A stretch of 64,000 nucleotides of DNA from Candidatus Latescibacterota bacterium. GTDB lineage: Bacteria; Latescibacterota; UBA2968; UBA8231. The notes below the pieces were generated by a model that saw only the letters and a list, made by a program, of their open reading frames with translations, did not search any database and was not told where the DNA came from. The stretch's first letter is position 1, and every line of letters starts with the position of its first letter. A program made the translations under genes and the position numbers. The stretch is taken from contig OZ252098.1 of NCBI GenBank assembly GCA_965248355.1, positions 1,120,001-1,184,000 of the forward strand, written 5' to 3'. Shown piece after piece: positions 37,059 through 47,138 of the stretch.

Positions 37059-39487
37059 GTGCTGAGACAGATGGGAATCCCTGGGGCGAGAATCAGGGCG
37101 ACCACCTTCTGTCTCTTCCTTTGCCTAGTTCTGGGTTTCTCCCTGCGCTTCGTCGGCTTGACCCGCGGGGACAGCTCCACGGGCAGGGCCTTCCATCACT
37201 TCCATCCCGATGAGACCACACTGGTCCAGACCGCTCTGAACCCCATTGACCCCTTTTCTCCCCGGCTCACCAGCTACGGCCTGCTGCCTGTCTATCTCCT
37301 TCGCGGGGTCCTGAAATTCAACCGGATCGTCATGGGCTGGGAGTTCGGGAACCAGGACTCTACCGAATCGGTCCGGTATGTCTACCTGACCGCCCGCACC
37401 CTGGCGGCCCTGGTGTCCTGTCTGACCCTCTGCCTGGTCTGGCTGCTGGGTCACCGCTGGTTCGGTGAACTCACCGGACTGCTCGCTGCCCTGGTGGTTG
37501 CCGTGGCCCCCCTGGCCATCCAGGCAGCCCACTTCTATACCGTGGACGGGCTGTTCACGCTGCTGATCCTCGCCGCGCTCCTCTGCCTGTTGCATGCCTT
37601 GGAAGGCAATGACCGACGGTGGTTCCTGGTCACCGGCATGTTGGCGGGATTGGCCGGTGCCGTGCGCCTGATCGGCCTGTCGGTGGGGCTCGTGTTGGTG
37701 ACCGGACTCCTCATCCGCCACCGCCGGGAACTCAAGCTGGCCGCCTTGGCGTCTCCGGGCTGGCGGGCCGGGATGGCCGGGCTGGGGTGCGTGTTGGTAC
37801 TGCTTGCCTTGCAGCCCTTTCTCCTCACCGATTGGGAGTTGATCTCCCGGGTTCATTCGGTGAACGATCTGGCCTATGCCGTCAAGGTGGCACAAGGGGA
37901 GATTCTCACTTCCTGGACACTGTCGGATGTTCATACCACCCCTTACCTGCATCACTGGATTCACCTTTGGCCTCTAGGGGTGGGCTGGCCTCTCACCGTC
38001 CTCTTCTGCTTCGGAATCGTCACGGTCTTTGCACCGTTGACCGTCGGAAGGGACTGCTCCTCCTGTGGGCAGGGATCCATTTCGCCCTCATCGGCGGCCT
38101 GCTCACCAAGCCCATACGGTACCTCCTGCCCCTGCTGCCCTTCCTTGCCGTTCTGACGGCCGATCTCTGTGTCTGGCTGGTCCATTCCCCTCGATTTGTC
38201 CGCATGCGCAAGCTGGCCATCGCCATCCTCGCCGCGGTGCTCGTCTACAGTGCGACTTACGGCTTTGCCTTTGCAGGCCTCTATGTCCAGGAGGACAGCC
38301 GCATCGAGGCGGCGCGCTGGATAGAGGACCAGATCCCGGACAACAGCCGAATCGGCCTGGAACAGGGTGCCTTCACAATGCGGGGAATGGTCGGCAACAA
38401 GCATAGGGTACGATTCCTCGGTACCGGCATGCTCTTCAGCATGCGAGGATATACGACCTGCCGTGCGGAGCTCAACTGGCTCCAGCACCACTTCCAGGAC
38501 GTGGACTACTTGTCCATCATCGACGTCAATCGCTACTTGCAATTCACAGCCGTCCCGGACCTGATCCCGGGCGGTGCGGCCTTCTACCAGGCCCTGGTAG
38601 ATGAGAAACTGGGCTTCGACCTGGTACATCGGATCGAGCGCTATCCTTCTCTCGGCGGTCTCGAATTCCGGGACGATCAAAGCGATCCTTCGTTCACCGG
38701 CTACGACCACCCGACGGTCCTGATCTTCAGGAAGAGGAATGACGCCGCCTGGCATGAAGGTCTGGAGCAACTGAGGACACGACTCTCCACGAGCGTCCAC
38801 TGCGTTGATCCCTTCCTGGAGACGGCAAGCTCTGCTCTCCAGGAAGGAGATCTCGATCAGAGCTTGATCTGGACTCGAATAGCGACCCGGAAAGTGCCAC
38901 AGAACAGGATCGCCCACTTGATCGAAGCCGATCTGCTCGTGCGAATGGGAGGATCAAACCGGGAAGCTTCGGAGGCATACCATGCCGACCTGCTCAAGCT
39001 GGACCGGATCCCCGCCGACGCTGTGCTGGCTACCGGGATGAGCCTGTTCGAGTTGGGATTGAAGGACCTGGCCATGTCCGCCCTCGAGACAGGGGTCTCG
39101 GCAACGAGCCAGGACGACAGGATTCCCAAGGAACCGATGGCCCGCATCTATATGCATTGGGCGTCATACCTGAAGGAAGACCTCGAGTCGGAGGAGGAGG
39201 CCGCCAAGGTCCTGTTGCTGTCCACCCGCCTTCATCCTATTCCCCTGGCCTACAACAGGCTTGCCACAGGGGCTATCGAGAGGAAGGACTACGAGCAATC
39301 AGCAGAGTACCTTGAACAATCGTTGCGGTTGGACCCCAACCAGGCGAGCGTCCACGCCACCCTCGGCCAGATAGCGACGGAGACGGGTGATTCGGACACC
39401 GCCCTGCATCACTTCAAGAGAGCCCTTGAGTTGAATCCGGCACTGAAGGACCACCTCGGCCCGTGGATAACGGTGCATGGAGACTGA
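37059..39487 (+). pseudogene. GT-C fold (PMT/ArnT-like) glycosyltransferase with C-terminal TPRs, split by a frameshift near 38020
   Basis: FHPDE, AHFYTVD and many TM helices in ORF 37059-38156; continues in ORF 37619-39487 (RYLLPLLP, DSRIEAARW, YDHPTV, TPR repeats); lower GC than flanks. Confidence 0.75.
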
Positions 39488-39554
39488 TCGGAGATGCCAT
39501 GGCCCCGAGCGGCGGCATCGGCACCGTTGTTCATGTGCGCCTGCAACTGTTCCT

Positions 39555-39796
39555 TCCGCAACTGCGGGCCCTGGGCGAGGCCGGCAGCGTGGTAGGCATC
39601 ACTTCGTGCCCTGCTTCATCGACGCCGACGCGCCCGACCTGGGACGCCTGCTCGATCACGTGCCGCACGCCGGGTGTTACCCGGAGATCACCGCACGGAT
39701 GCTCGACCACGGCGCCGGCGAGGAAGCGGGTGCGCGGCATCGTGGGCGCCAACCACCTGCGCCTGCTGCGGCAGGTGGTTGGGTATCGGCCAACGC
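39555..39796 (+). pseudogene. C-terminal remnant of a membrane dipeptidase (peptidase M19)
   Basis: Mosaic across frames: QLRALGEAGSVVGI / HFVPCFID..DLGRLLDHV / YPEITARMLDHG / VRGIVGANHLRLLRQV. Confidence 0.55.
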
Positions 39797-41305
39797 TCAG
39801 GCGAGGCCGTACAGGGGCCGGTACTTGCCCTCGAGGTATTCCATCAGGTAGTCGACCCGCAGGGGCTCGCCGGTGACCTCCCGCACCAGCTCGGAGGCCG
39901 TGAGGCGGCTGCCCCGGCCGTGGATGTTCTCGCGCAGCCAGCCCAGCAGCCCGGACAGCTCGCCCCGCCGGATCCGGCCGGGCAGATCGTCCAGATCGGC
40001 GCACGCCCGGCGGTAGAACTGGGCCCCGTACAGGTTGCCGAGGGTGTAGGTGGGGAAGTACCCGATCAGACCCAGCGACCAGTGGATGTCCTGCAGGACC
40101 CCCTCGGCGTCCGAGCCGGGCCGGAGGCCCAGGTCGGACTCCATGCGGTCGTTCCAGGCGCCGGGCAGATCCCCCACCTCCAGCTCTCCATCCAGCAGCG
40201 CCTTCTCCAGCTCGTAGCGCAGCAGGATGTGCAGATCGTAGGTCATCTCGTCGGCCTCGACCCGGATGAGCGACCTCTCGACGCGGTTGACGGCGGCGTA
40301 GAACCGGTCCACGCCGACGCCCTCGAGCTGCCGCGGGAAGCAACGGGCGAGCTGCGGCAGGTAGTGCCCCCAGAACTCTCGGCTGCGGCCGACCCGGTTC
40401 TCCCACAGGCGCGACTGGGACTCGTGGATCCCCAGGGAGACGGACCGGCCCACGGGCAGCCCCCCGGCCTCGGCCGGCAGCCCCTGCTCGTAGAGGCCGT
40501 GGCCGGCCTCGTGGATGATGCCGAAGAGGGCGCTGGTGAGCTGGCCGGCGTTGTAACGGGTGGTGAGGCGCACGTCCCCGGGATGGCTGCCGGAGCAGAA
40601 GGGATGGACGGAGACGTCGAGGCGTCCGGCCTCCATGTCGAAGCCGAGGTCGTCCAGGACCCGGCGTCCGAAGCTCTCCTGCACGGCGATGTCGTAGTCC
40701 TGGTCCAGCAGATCGTCGCCCTTCGCCGCCGCCTCGCTGCCCAGGATCTCCTCCACGAGAGGGACCAGCCTGCGGCGGAGCTCGGCGAGCAGGGGGTCGA
40801 CCTCCTCCACGAGGGCGTGGGGTTCGTAGTCGTCGAGGAGGGCGTTGTAGACCGAGCCCGTGAACCCCACGGCGTGGGCCTCCTGCTTCTTGAGATCGAG
40901 GATCTTCTCCAGCCACGGCTGGAAGCGGCCGAACTCCGACTTCTCGCGGGCCTCGACCCAGGCCTCGTGGGCCAGCGACTCGGTGCGACTCAGCTCGACC
41001 ACCAGCTCCTTCGGGACGCGCACGGCGCGGTCCTGGTCGCGCTTCAGCTCGCGCACGTTGACACCTTCGTCGCCGGTCAGGCCCGCCCCGTGCAGGGCCT
41101 CCACCAGCTGGACGAAGTCCGGCGCCGTGAGCTTGTCGTGCGCCAGCCCGGCCAGCGTGCCCAGGCTGCTGGCCCGGGCCTCGCTGCCCCGCCGGGGCAT
41201 GCACGTCTCCTGGTCCCAGTGGAGCAGGCCTTCGGCGTGAGCGATGTCGGCCAGCTCCATGGCCGTGGCCTTGAAGCGCTCGTATCGGTCCCCCGAATTG
41301 CTCAT
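39797..41305 (-). CDS. Carboxypeptidase Taq (M32)
   Basis: LLHWDQETCMP, RLDVSVHPF, HEAGH (HEXXH), GIHESQS, IRVEADE, GVLQDIHWS, GYFPTYTLG. Confidence 0.95.
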   Translation of the reverse strand: MSNSGDRYERFKATAMELADIAHAEGLLHWDQETCMPRRGSEARASSLGTLAGLAHDKLTAPDFVQLVEALHGAGLTGDEGVNVRELKRDQDRAVRVPKELVVELSRTESLAHEAWVEAREKSEFGRFQPWLEKILDLKKQEAHAVGFTGSVYNALLDDYEPHALVEEVDPLLAELRRRLVPLVEEILGSEAAAKGDDLLDQDYDIAVQESFGRRVLDDLGFDMEAGRLDVSVHPFCSGSHPGDVRLTTRYNAGQLTSALFGIIHEAGHGLYEQGLPAEAGGLPVGRSVSLGIHESQSRLWENRVGRSREFWGHYLPQLARCFPRQLEGVGVDRFYAAVNRVERSLIRVEADEMTYDLHILLRYELEKALLDGELEVGDLPGAWNDRMESDLGLRPGSDAEGVLQDIHWSLGLIGYFPTYTLGNLYGAQFYRRACADLDDLPGRIRRGELSGLLGWLRENIHGRGSRLTASELVREVTGEPLRVDYLMEYLEGKYRPLYGLA

Positions 41306-41340
41306 CTTTTCTCCATCCCTTCTCCAAGGAGCGAGCCCCC

Positions 41341-42564
41341 ATGAAGATCGTCAAAGCCGAACACTACGACCTCCACATCCCGTTCTATGCCGACCACGTG
41401 GTCCGGGCCATGCACCGCGCCCAGACCCACGACGAGGGCGTCCACGTCAACCGCATCGAGCTCGACGACGGCAGCGTCGGCTACGGCGACGGGGGCGGTC
41501 CGGGCGCCGCCCTGGTGGGCCGAAACCCCCTCGAGGTCCTGCACGACGACGGCATCGGCTTCGGCAACCAGCTCGCCATCCTCGACGCCGTGGGGCGCGC
41601 CACCGGCACCCCCGCCCACGCCTTCCTCGGCCGCCGGCTGCGCGACCGCTGCCCCCTGTCCTGGTGGGACATCGACATGCCCCCGGCCGACTGGGTGAAG
41701 GAGGCCGAGGAGTCCCTGAAGCGCGGCTACACGACCTTCAAGATGAAGGCCCGCCCCTGGTTCGACATCCACGAGCAGGTGGAGAGGGTGGGCGCCGTCG
41801 TGCCCGCCGACTACCGCTTCGACGTCGACTTCAACGGCTTCCTGCTCAACGCCGCCCGAGCCGAGGAACACCTGTCCCGTCTCGACGACCGCCTCAACGT
41901 CGGCATGTACGAGAGCCCCTTCTACCTGCACAACGACCTGACGGGGGCCCGCATCCTGCGGGAGCGGATCCGCAAGCCGGTGGTGGAGCATTTCAACGAA
42001 GGAGTCCTGCACGCCCACGCCAGCGACGGATTCGTCATCGGCGGCGGCATCCAGGGCGTGCTGCGCCAGGCGGGGCTGGCGGCGCAGTTCAACAAGCCCT
42101 TCTGGCTGCAGCTCGTGGGCACGGGGATCACCACCGCCTACGCCCTGCACCTCGGGTCGGTCCTGTCCCACGCGCAACTGCCCTACATCACCTGCTTCGA
42201 GTTGTTCGAGGACGATCTGCTCGTCGACCCGATCCGCGTCGTCGACGGGCACGCCGCCGTGCCGGAGGGTCCCGGCCTCGGCGTCGAGATCGACGAGGAC
42301 GCCATCGAGCGCTACCGCGTCGACCCGGGCGAGCCGACGCCGGGCCAGAGGTACCGCCAGCAGAAGCGCATCCTGCGGGTACGGTGGCCGGGGCAGGGGG
42401 TGGACCGGGTCCGGGAGTTCACCGCCGAGGCCCATTACCAGCGCGAGTTCTACGCCGGATCGATCCCGCCCTTCCAGGCCGGCGTGGGCCTGGAGGTGGA
42501 GGAGGACGACGGATCCGCCGCCTTCGCCAAGGCCCACGAGGCGATCGCCGCCCGCGGTCTGTAG
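41341..42564 (+). CDS. Mandelate racemase/muconate lactonizing enzyme (enolase superfamily)
   Basis: GYTTFKMKARPW (KxK), VDFN, YESP, VPEGPGLGVEIDE. Confidence 0.85.
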   Translation: MKIVKAEHYDLHIPFYADHVVRAMHRAQTHDEGVHVNRIELDDGSVGYGDGGGPGAALVGRNPLEVLHDDGIGFGNQLAILDAVGRATGTPAHAFLGRRLRDRCPLSWWDIDMPPADWVKEAEESLKRGYTTFKMKARPWFDIHEQVERVGAVVPADYRFDVDFNGFLLNAARAEEHLSRLDDRLNVGMYESPFYLHNDLTGARILRERIRKPVVEHFNEGVLHAHASDGFVIGGGIQGVLRQAGLAAQFNKPFWLQLVGTGITTAYALHLGSVLSHAQLPYITCFELFEDDLLVDPIRVVDGHAAVPEGPGLGVEIDEDAIERYRVDPGEPTPGQRYRQQKRILRVRWPGQGVDRVREFTAEAHYQREFYAGSIPPFQAGVGLEVEEDDGSAAFAKAHEAIAARGL

Positions 42565-42611
42565 CCAGACCGGCGACTCCGCACCGCCCGGGGACTTGGA
42601 CCGGCGAGCCT

Positions 42612-43616
42612 TCAGGCCTCGCGCCGGGCGCGGATGTCCTCGAAGCCGGTGAGGCTGTAGTCGATGCCCACGTAGTCGAGCAGGTTCGTCAGGCTGCGCA
42701 GGGCCACGCCGAAGCCGTCGACGCCGGAGACGCCCCCGAACTGGCCGCCCCCCTTCAGGTGCGGCTCGAGGTCGAGGAAGACGCCGGGCACGCCCAGGCG
42801 CTTGAGGCGGCGCGTCAGGGCCGGCAGGCGCCCGCGGAAGTCGCGCAGGATCGCCTCGTGGCCCGAGTCTCCCTCGTCGGCGGGGACGAAGTTCTTCAGC
42901 CGCTTCTCGTCCACGTGCCCCTGCCACTGCAGCTTCGGGTCGATCCGGTAGTCCTTGACGTGCATCCAGCCGATGCCGGCGCGCATGGCCTCGTACTCGG
43001 CGTAGGTCTCGTGGGGAAGCAGGTTCTGGCTGGACAGGTTGCCGCCGTCGAAGATCAGACAGAGGTTGGGGTGGGAGACCTTGCGGTACAGCCGCCGCAG
43101 GAGGCGGCCGTTCTGCCCCACCAGGTTGGCCTCCACCTCCAGGCCGAAGAGGGCCCCGCCCCGGGCGCAGACCTCGGCGATGCGGGCCAGGCGCTCGGCG
43201 GCCTCGTCCAGGTGGTCCTCCGCCGCCGTTCCCCGGGGGTGGTAGAAGGAGAACCCCCGCACCAGCCGCGTCTCGAACTCCCCCGCCAGGTCGACGGCGC
43301 GCTGCACCTCGCGGCCCAGGTAGCGCTCGAAGGGGACGTAGGCATTGGCGCTGCCGTCGTCGATGTCGAGGAGCTTGACCTTGCCGATGGGCGAGCCGAT
43401 GGAGGAGACGCGGATGCCGAACTCCCCGTGCAGCCGGCGCAGCCGCCGCACCTCGGCCTTGGTGAGGGTCATCACGTTCTTGACGCCGGAGCCGGCGTCG
43501 ACGAAGCGCAGGCTGTACCACGACATGCCCAGCGCCGACAGCATGGTCAGCTGGGACTCGGCCTTCTTGTCGGCGGGGCCCTCGTCGGCAAAGCCGCTGA
43601 GGATGACTTCGGGCAT
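42612..43616 (-). CDS. Sugar phosphate isomerase/epimerase (xylose isomerase-like TIM barrel)
   Basis: LSGFADE, SSIGSPIGK, LEVE, IFDGGN, MHVKD, LEPHL. Confidence 0.85.
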   Translation of the reverse strand: MPEVILSGFADEGPADKKAESQLTMLSALGMSWYSLRFVDAGSGVKNVMTLTKAEVRRLRRLHGEFGIRVSSIGSPIGKVKLLDIDDGSANAYVPFERYLGREVQRAVDLAGEFETRLVRGFSFYHPRGTAAEDHLDEAAERLARIAEVCARGGALFGLEVEANLVGQNGRLLRRLYRKVSHPNLCLIFDGGNLSSQNLLPHETYAEYEAMRAGIGWMHVKDYRIDPKLQWQGHVDEKRLKNFVPADEGDSGHEAILRDFRGRLPALTRRLKRLGVPGVFLDLEPHLKGGGQFGGVSGVDGFGVALRSLTNLLDYVGIDYSLTGFEDIRARREA

Positions 43617-43697
43617 GCGTTTCGACTCCTCCGGGTGCGGCGCGGCCACGGTGGAACGGCCAGGGGCGGGACGGGACGGCGGGCGAGCGCTCCCGCC

Positions 43698-45116
43698 TCA
43701 GGCGGGAGCGCCCTCCTCTTCCTCGGGGATGCGGTATTCAGGCGCCAGGTTCTCGAAGCTGGCGCTCTCCTTGTTCCACATCAGTCTCTCGGAACCGGTG
43801 GGACCGTTGCGCTGTTTGCCGATGATGATCTCCGCCAGGCCCTCGAGAGGGCCGCCGTCGTCGTTGGACTTGAGCCCGTAGAGCTCGGGGCGGTAGATGA
43901 ACATGACCACGTCGGCGTCCTGCTCGAGGGAGCCCGACTCCCTCAGATCGGACAGTTGCGGGCGCCGGTCGGTGCGGGCCTCCGGGGCCCGCGACAACTG
44001 GGAGAGAGCCAGGACGGGCACGTCGAGCTCCTTGGCCATCGCCTTCAGGCCGCGGGAGATGCGGGAGACCTCCTGCTCGCGGCTCTGCAGGTTCTCGTGG
44101 CTGCCCATCAGCTGCAGGTAGTCGATGATGAAGAGGCCGACGCCGTGCTCCCGCTGCAGCCGGCGCGCCTTGGCCCGCGCCTCGAGGACGCTGATGCCGG
44201 CCGTGTCGTCCACGTAGATCGGCGCCTGGGCCAGACGGCCCACCTGGCGGGTCAGGTGCAGCCAGTCCTCCTGCCCCAGCCGGCCCATGCGCAGCTTCTG
44301 CAGGTCGACTCTCGTCTGGATGCACAGCAGCCGCTGCGCCACCTGCTGCCTGGACATCTCGAGGCTGAAGACGGCCACGCCCACATTGTGCTCGACGGCG
44401 GCCCGGCAGGCGAAGCACAGGGCCAGGGCCGTCTTGCCCACGCTCGGCCGGGCCGCCAGGATCACCAGGTCTCCTTTCTGGAATCCGGAGGTGATGTCGT
44501 TGAGGTCCTTGAAGCCGGTGTCGACGCCGGAGACCGCGCTGCTGAGGTTGTGGGCGCGCTCGAGCTGCTCGAAGGTCTCGCCGAGGACCTGGTCGAGCGG
44601 CTCGAACCCCTGGGTCAGCCCCCTCTCGGAGAGGGCGAAGATGCGCTGCTCGGCCCAGTCGATCAGCTCGTGGACGTCGCTGCGTCCCTCGAAGGCGCGG
44701 TTCGAGATCTCGGCCGAGGCCTCGATCAGGCCGCGGCTCAGTCCGCGCTCGACGACGATCCGGGCGTGATGCTCGATGTTGGCGGCCGAAGCCACCCCGG
44801 CGGCCAGCTCGGCCAGGTAGACGACCCCCCCCGCCGGTTCCAGCTGACCCTGGCGCTTGAGCTGCTCGCCCACGGTGAGCTGATCCACGGCCTCGTTGCG
44901 CTCGTAGAGCTCCCTCATGGCCACGAAGATGCGGGCGTGGGGGCCGTGGTAGAAGGCGTCCTCCTGGAGCAGCTCGAAGGCCCTTCCCACGGCGCGGGGG
45001 TCGATGAGCATGGCCCCGAGGACGGCCTGCTCCACCTCCACGGCCTGGGGCGGCATGCGGTCGAGCCGGCCCTGCGGCCCCTGGGGACCGTCGCGGCCGT
45101 TCGGCGGCTGGGTCAC
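43698..45116 (-). CDS. dnaB: Replicative DNA helicase
   Basis: PPQAVEVEQAVLG, AARPSVGKT, FSLEMS, IDYLQLM, LSQLSR, SDLRESGSLEQDAD, KQRNGP. Confidence 0.97.
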   Translation of the reverse strand: MTQPPNGRDGPQGPQGRLDRMPPQAVEVEQAVLGAMLIDPRAVGRAFELLQEDAFYHGPHARIFVAMRELYERNEAVDQLTVGEQLKRQGQLEPAGGVVYLAELAAGVASAANIEHHARIVVERGLSRGLIEASAEISNRAFEGRSDVHELIDWAEQRIFALSERGLTQGFEPLDQVLGETFEQLERAHNLSSAVSGVDTGFKDLNDITSGFQKGDLVILAARPSVGKTALALCFACRAAVEHNVGVAVFSLEMSRQQVAQRLLCIQTRVDLQKLRMGRLGQEDWLHLTRQVGRLAQAPIYVDDTAGISVLEARAKARRLQREHGVGLFIIDYLQLMGSHENLQSREQEVSRISRGLKAMAKELDVPVLALSQLSRAPEARTDRRPQLSDLRESGSLEQDADVVMFIYRPELYGLKSNDDGGPLEGLAEIIIGKQRNGPTGSERLMWNKESASFENLAPEYRIPEEEEGAPA

Positions 45117-45126
45117 GGTGCTCTCC

Positions 45127-45864
45127 TCACAACTCGACCCCGTCGTACTGGCGGCGCACCCACTTGACGTCCTCCCAGGTGGCCCGCTTGAAGCCGGTGT
45201 TGCGCAGCAGCGCCGCCGGGTGGTAGGTGACGATCAGGGGGATGCCGGCGTACTCGTGCAGGGTGCCCCTCAGCCGCGACAGGGGAGCCTCGGTCTTGAG
45301 CAGGGCGTGGGCGGCGTGCCGCCCCAGGCAGCAGATCACCCTCGGCTTCACGATCTCGATCTGCCGCCGCAGGTAGGGCTCGCAGCTGTCCACCTCCTCC
45401 GGCTCGGGGTCGCGGTTGCCGGGGGGCCGGCACTTCAGGACGTTGCAGATGTAGACGTGCTCCCGGGACAGGTCCATGGCCTCGATGATCCGCGTCAGGA
45501 GCTGGCCGGCGGGTCCGACGAAGGGCCGTCCCTGGCGGTCCTCCTCCTCGCCGGGGGCCTCGCCGACGAAGAGGATGCCGGCCTCGGGATTCCCGGAGCC
45601 GAAGACGAAACGGGTCCGCGTGTGTCCGAGGGGGCACCGGATGCACTCGCAGATCTCTTGGTGGAAGGCGGCCAGCTCGGCCGCCGCCGAGCCTGCGTCC
45701 CCGGACTCCGCGGGGGCGCCGGGGTCCCTGGGGCCGGCCGCCTCCGGGGGCATCACCAACCAGCGGCCCTCGAAGAGGAGCAGGTCCTCCAGGCTGCGGC
45801 GGACCTCGGAAAGGACCGCGGCGGCCTCCGGCGGGGCGGCCTCATCCGGCACGGGCTCGTTCAC
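45127..45864 (-). CDS. Uracil-DNA glycosylase, family 4
   Basis: CIRCPL Fe-S motif, VGEAPG, PFVG, NVLKCRPPGNR, TYHPAALL; GTG start at 45864 uncertain. Confidence 0.92.
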   Translation of the reverse strand: MNEPVPDEAAPPEAAAVLSEVRRSLEDLLLFEGRWLVMPPEAAGPRDPGAPAESGDAGSAAAELAAFHQEICECIRCPLGHTRTRFVFGSGNPEAGILFVGEAPGEEEDRQGRPFVGPAGQLLTRIIEAMDLSREHVYICNVLKCRPPGNRDPEPEEVDSCEPYLRRQIEIVKPRVICCLGRHAAHALLKTEAPLSRLRGTLHEYAGIPLIVTYHPAALLRNTGFKRATWEDVKWVRRQYDGVEL

Positions 45865-45896
45865 GGCGTGAAGATCATCCGGCTCGTGGCGCCGTG

Positions 45897-47138
45897 TCAA
45901 CGAGCGCCCCCTTCCGGCCGGGGACCTCGGCCCCGTTGGCGGAGCAGGTCGCGAACCCGGTCGAGGAGGCGGTCGGCCACCTCGAGTTTGCTCAGGCGAG
46001 GGAGCCGCTCCACGGGGCCTTCGGCGGCGAGGAAGGTGACCACGTTGGTGTCGCCAGCGAAGCCGGCGCCCGGCACGCGCAGGTCGTTGAGGACGACGAG
46101 GTCGGCCTGCTTGCGCTCCCCCTTCTCCCGGGCCCGGTCCTCGCCGCCTCCCGTCTCCATGGCGAAGGCGACGAGCACCCGCTCCCCCTTGCGGGCGCCG
46201 AGGTGGGCGGCGATGTCGGGGTTCTCCACCAGCTCGAGCCGCAGCTCGGCGCCCGCGCGCTTGAGCTTCTCCTCGGAGACGGCCCGCGGCCGGTAGTCGG
46301 AGACGGCGGCCGCCATGAGGGCCGCGTCGGCCGCGTCGAAGGCCTCTTCGCAGGTGCGCAGCATGTCGACGGCGGAACGCACGAAGGTGGTGCGCATCCC
46401 TTCCGGGGGCGGCAGACCGGTGGGGCCGCTGACGAGGTGCACCTCGGCGCCCCGCTGATGGGCGCGCCGGGCGAGGGCGAAACCCATCTTGCCGCTGGAG
46501 CGGTTGCTGAGGAAGCGCACCGGGTCCAGGTCCTCCACCGTCGGGCCCGCCGTGACGAGGATCCGCAGGCCGCCCAGATCCCCCCCGGACTCGCCGGTGA
46601 GGCGCTCCACGGCGGCTTCGAGGATGCGCTCCGGAGAGGCCATGCGGCCCCGGCCGGTGGCACCCGAGGCGAGGTACCCGCTTCCCGGCTCGATCCATCC
46701 CACGCCGTCGGACCGCAATCGCGCCGCGTTCGCCAGCACCCGGGGGTGCTCGAGCATCTCCTCTTCCATGGCCGGCGCCAGCAGGACAGGGGCCGGTGTG
46801 GCCAGGCAGATCGTCGTCAGGAGGTCGTCGGCGATGCCGGACGCCATCTTGCCCAGCAGGTTGGCCGTGGCCGGCGCCACCAGCAGCAGCTGCGCCCACC
46901 GCGCCAGCCCCACGTGGAGGACGGGGAACTCCTCGTCGGCGGCGAACAGGTCGCCGTGCACGGCATGCCCCGACAGCGCCGAGAGGGTGGGATCGGTGAC
47001 GAACCGGGCCGCGCTCGCGGTGCGCACGACGCGCACCTCGGCTCCCTCCTCCTGCAGCAGGCGCAGCACGAGGGGCGCCTTGTACGCGGCGATGCCGCCG
47101 CTGACCCCCAGCAGGACCCGCCGCCCGGACAGCCTCAT
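45897..47138 (-). CDS. coaBC: Phosphopantothenoylcysteine decarboxylase/ligase
   Basis: GVSGGIAAYK, APATAN, PAM, TAGPT.E.LDPVRFLSNRSSGKMG, AAVSDY, NPDI. Confidence 0.95.
   Translation of the reverse strand: MRLSGRRVLLGVSGGIAAYKAPLVLRLLQEEGAEVRVVRTASAARFVTDPTLSALSGHAVHGDLFAADEEFPVLHVGLARWAQLLLVAPATANLLGKMASGIADDLLTTICLATPAPVLLAPAMEEEMLEHPRVLANAARLRSDGVGWIEPGSGYLASGATGRGRMASPERILEAAVERLTGESGGDLGGLRILVTAGPTVEDLDPVRFLSNRSSGKMGFALARRAHQRGAEVHLVSGPTGLPPPEGMRTTFVRSAVDMLRTCEEAFDAADAALMAAAVSDYRPRAVSEEKLKRAGAELRLELVENPDIAAHLGARKGERVLVAFAMETGGGEDRAREKGERKQADLVVLNDLRVPGAGFAGDTNVVTFLAAEGPVERLPRLSKLEVADRLLDRVRDLLRQRGRGPRPEGGAR

Noticed and set aside
41244..45167. 1307-aa plus-strand ORF
   Set aside because: An alternative frame of the enolase gene plus antisense of the epimerase and dnaB; low-complexity Arg/Pro/Gly sequence.
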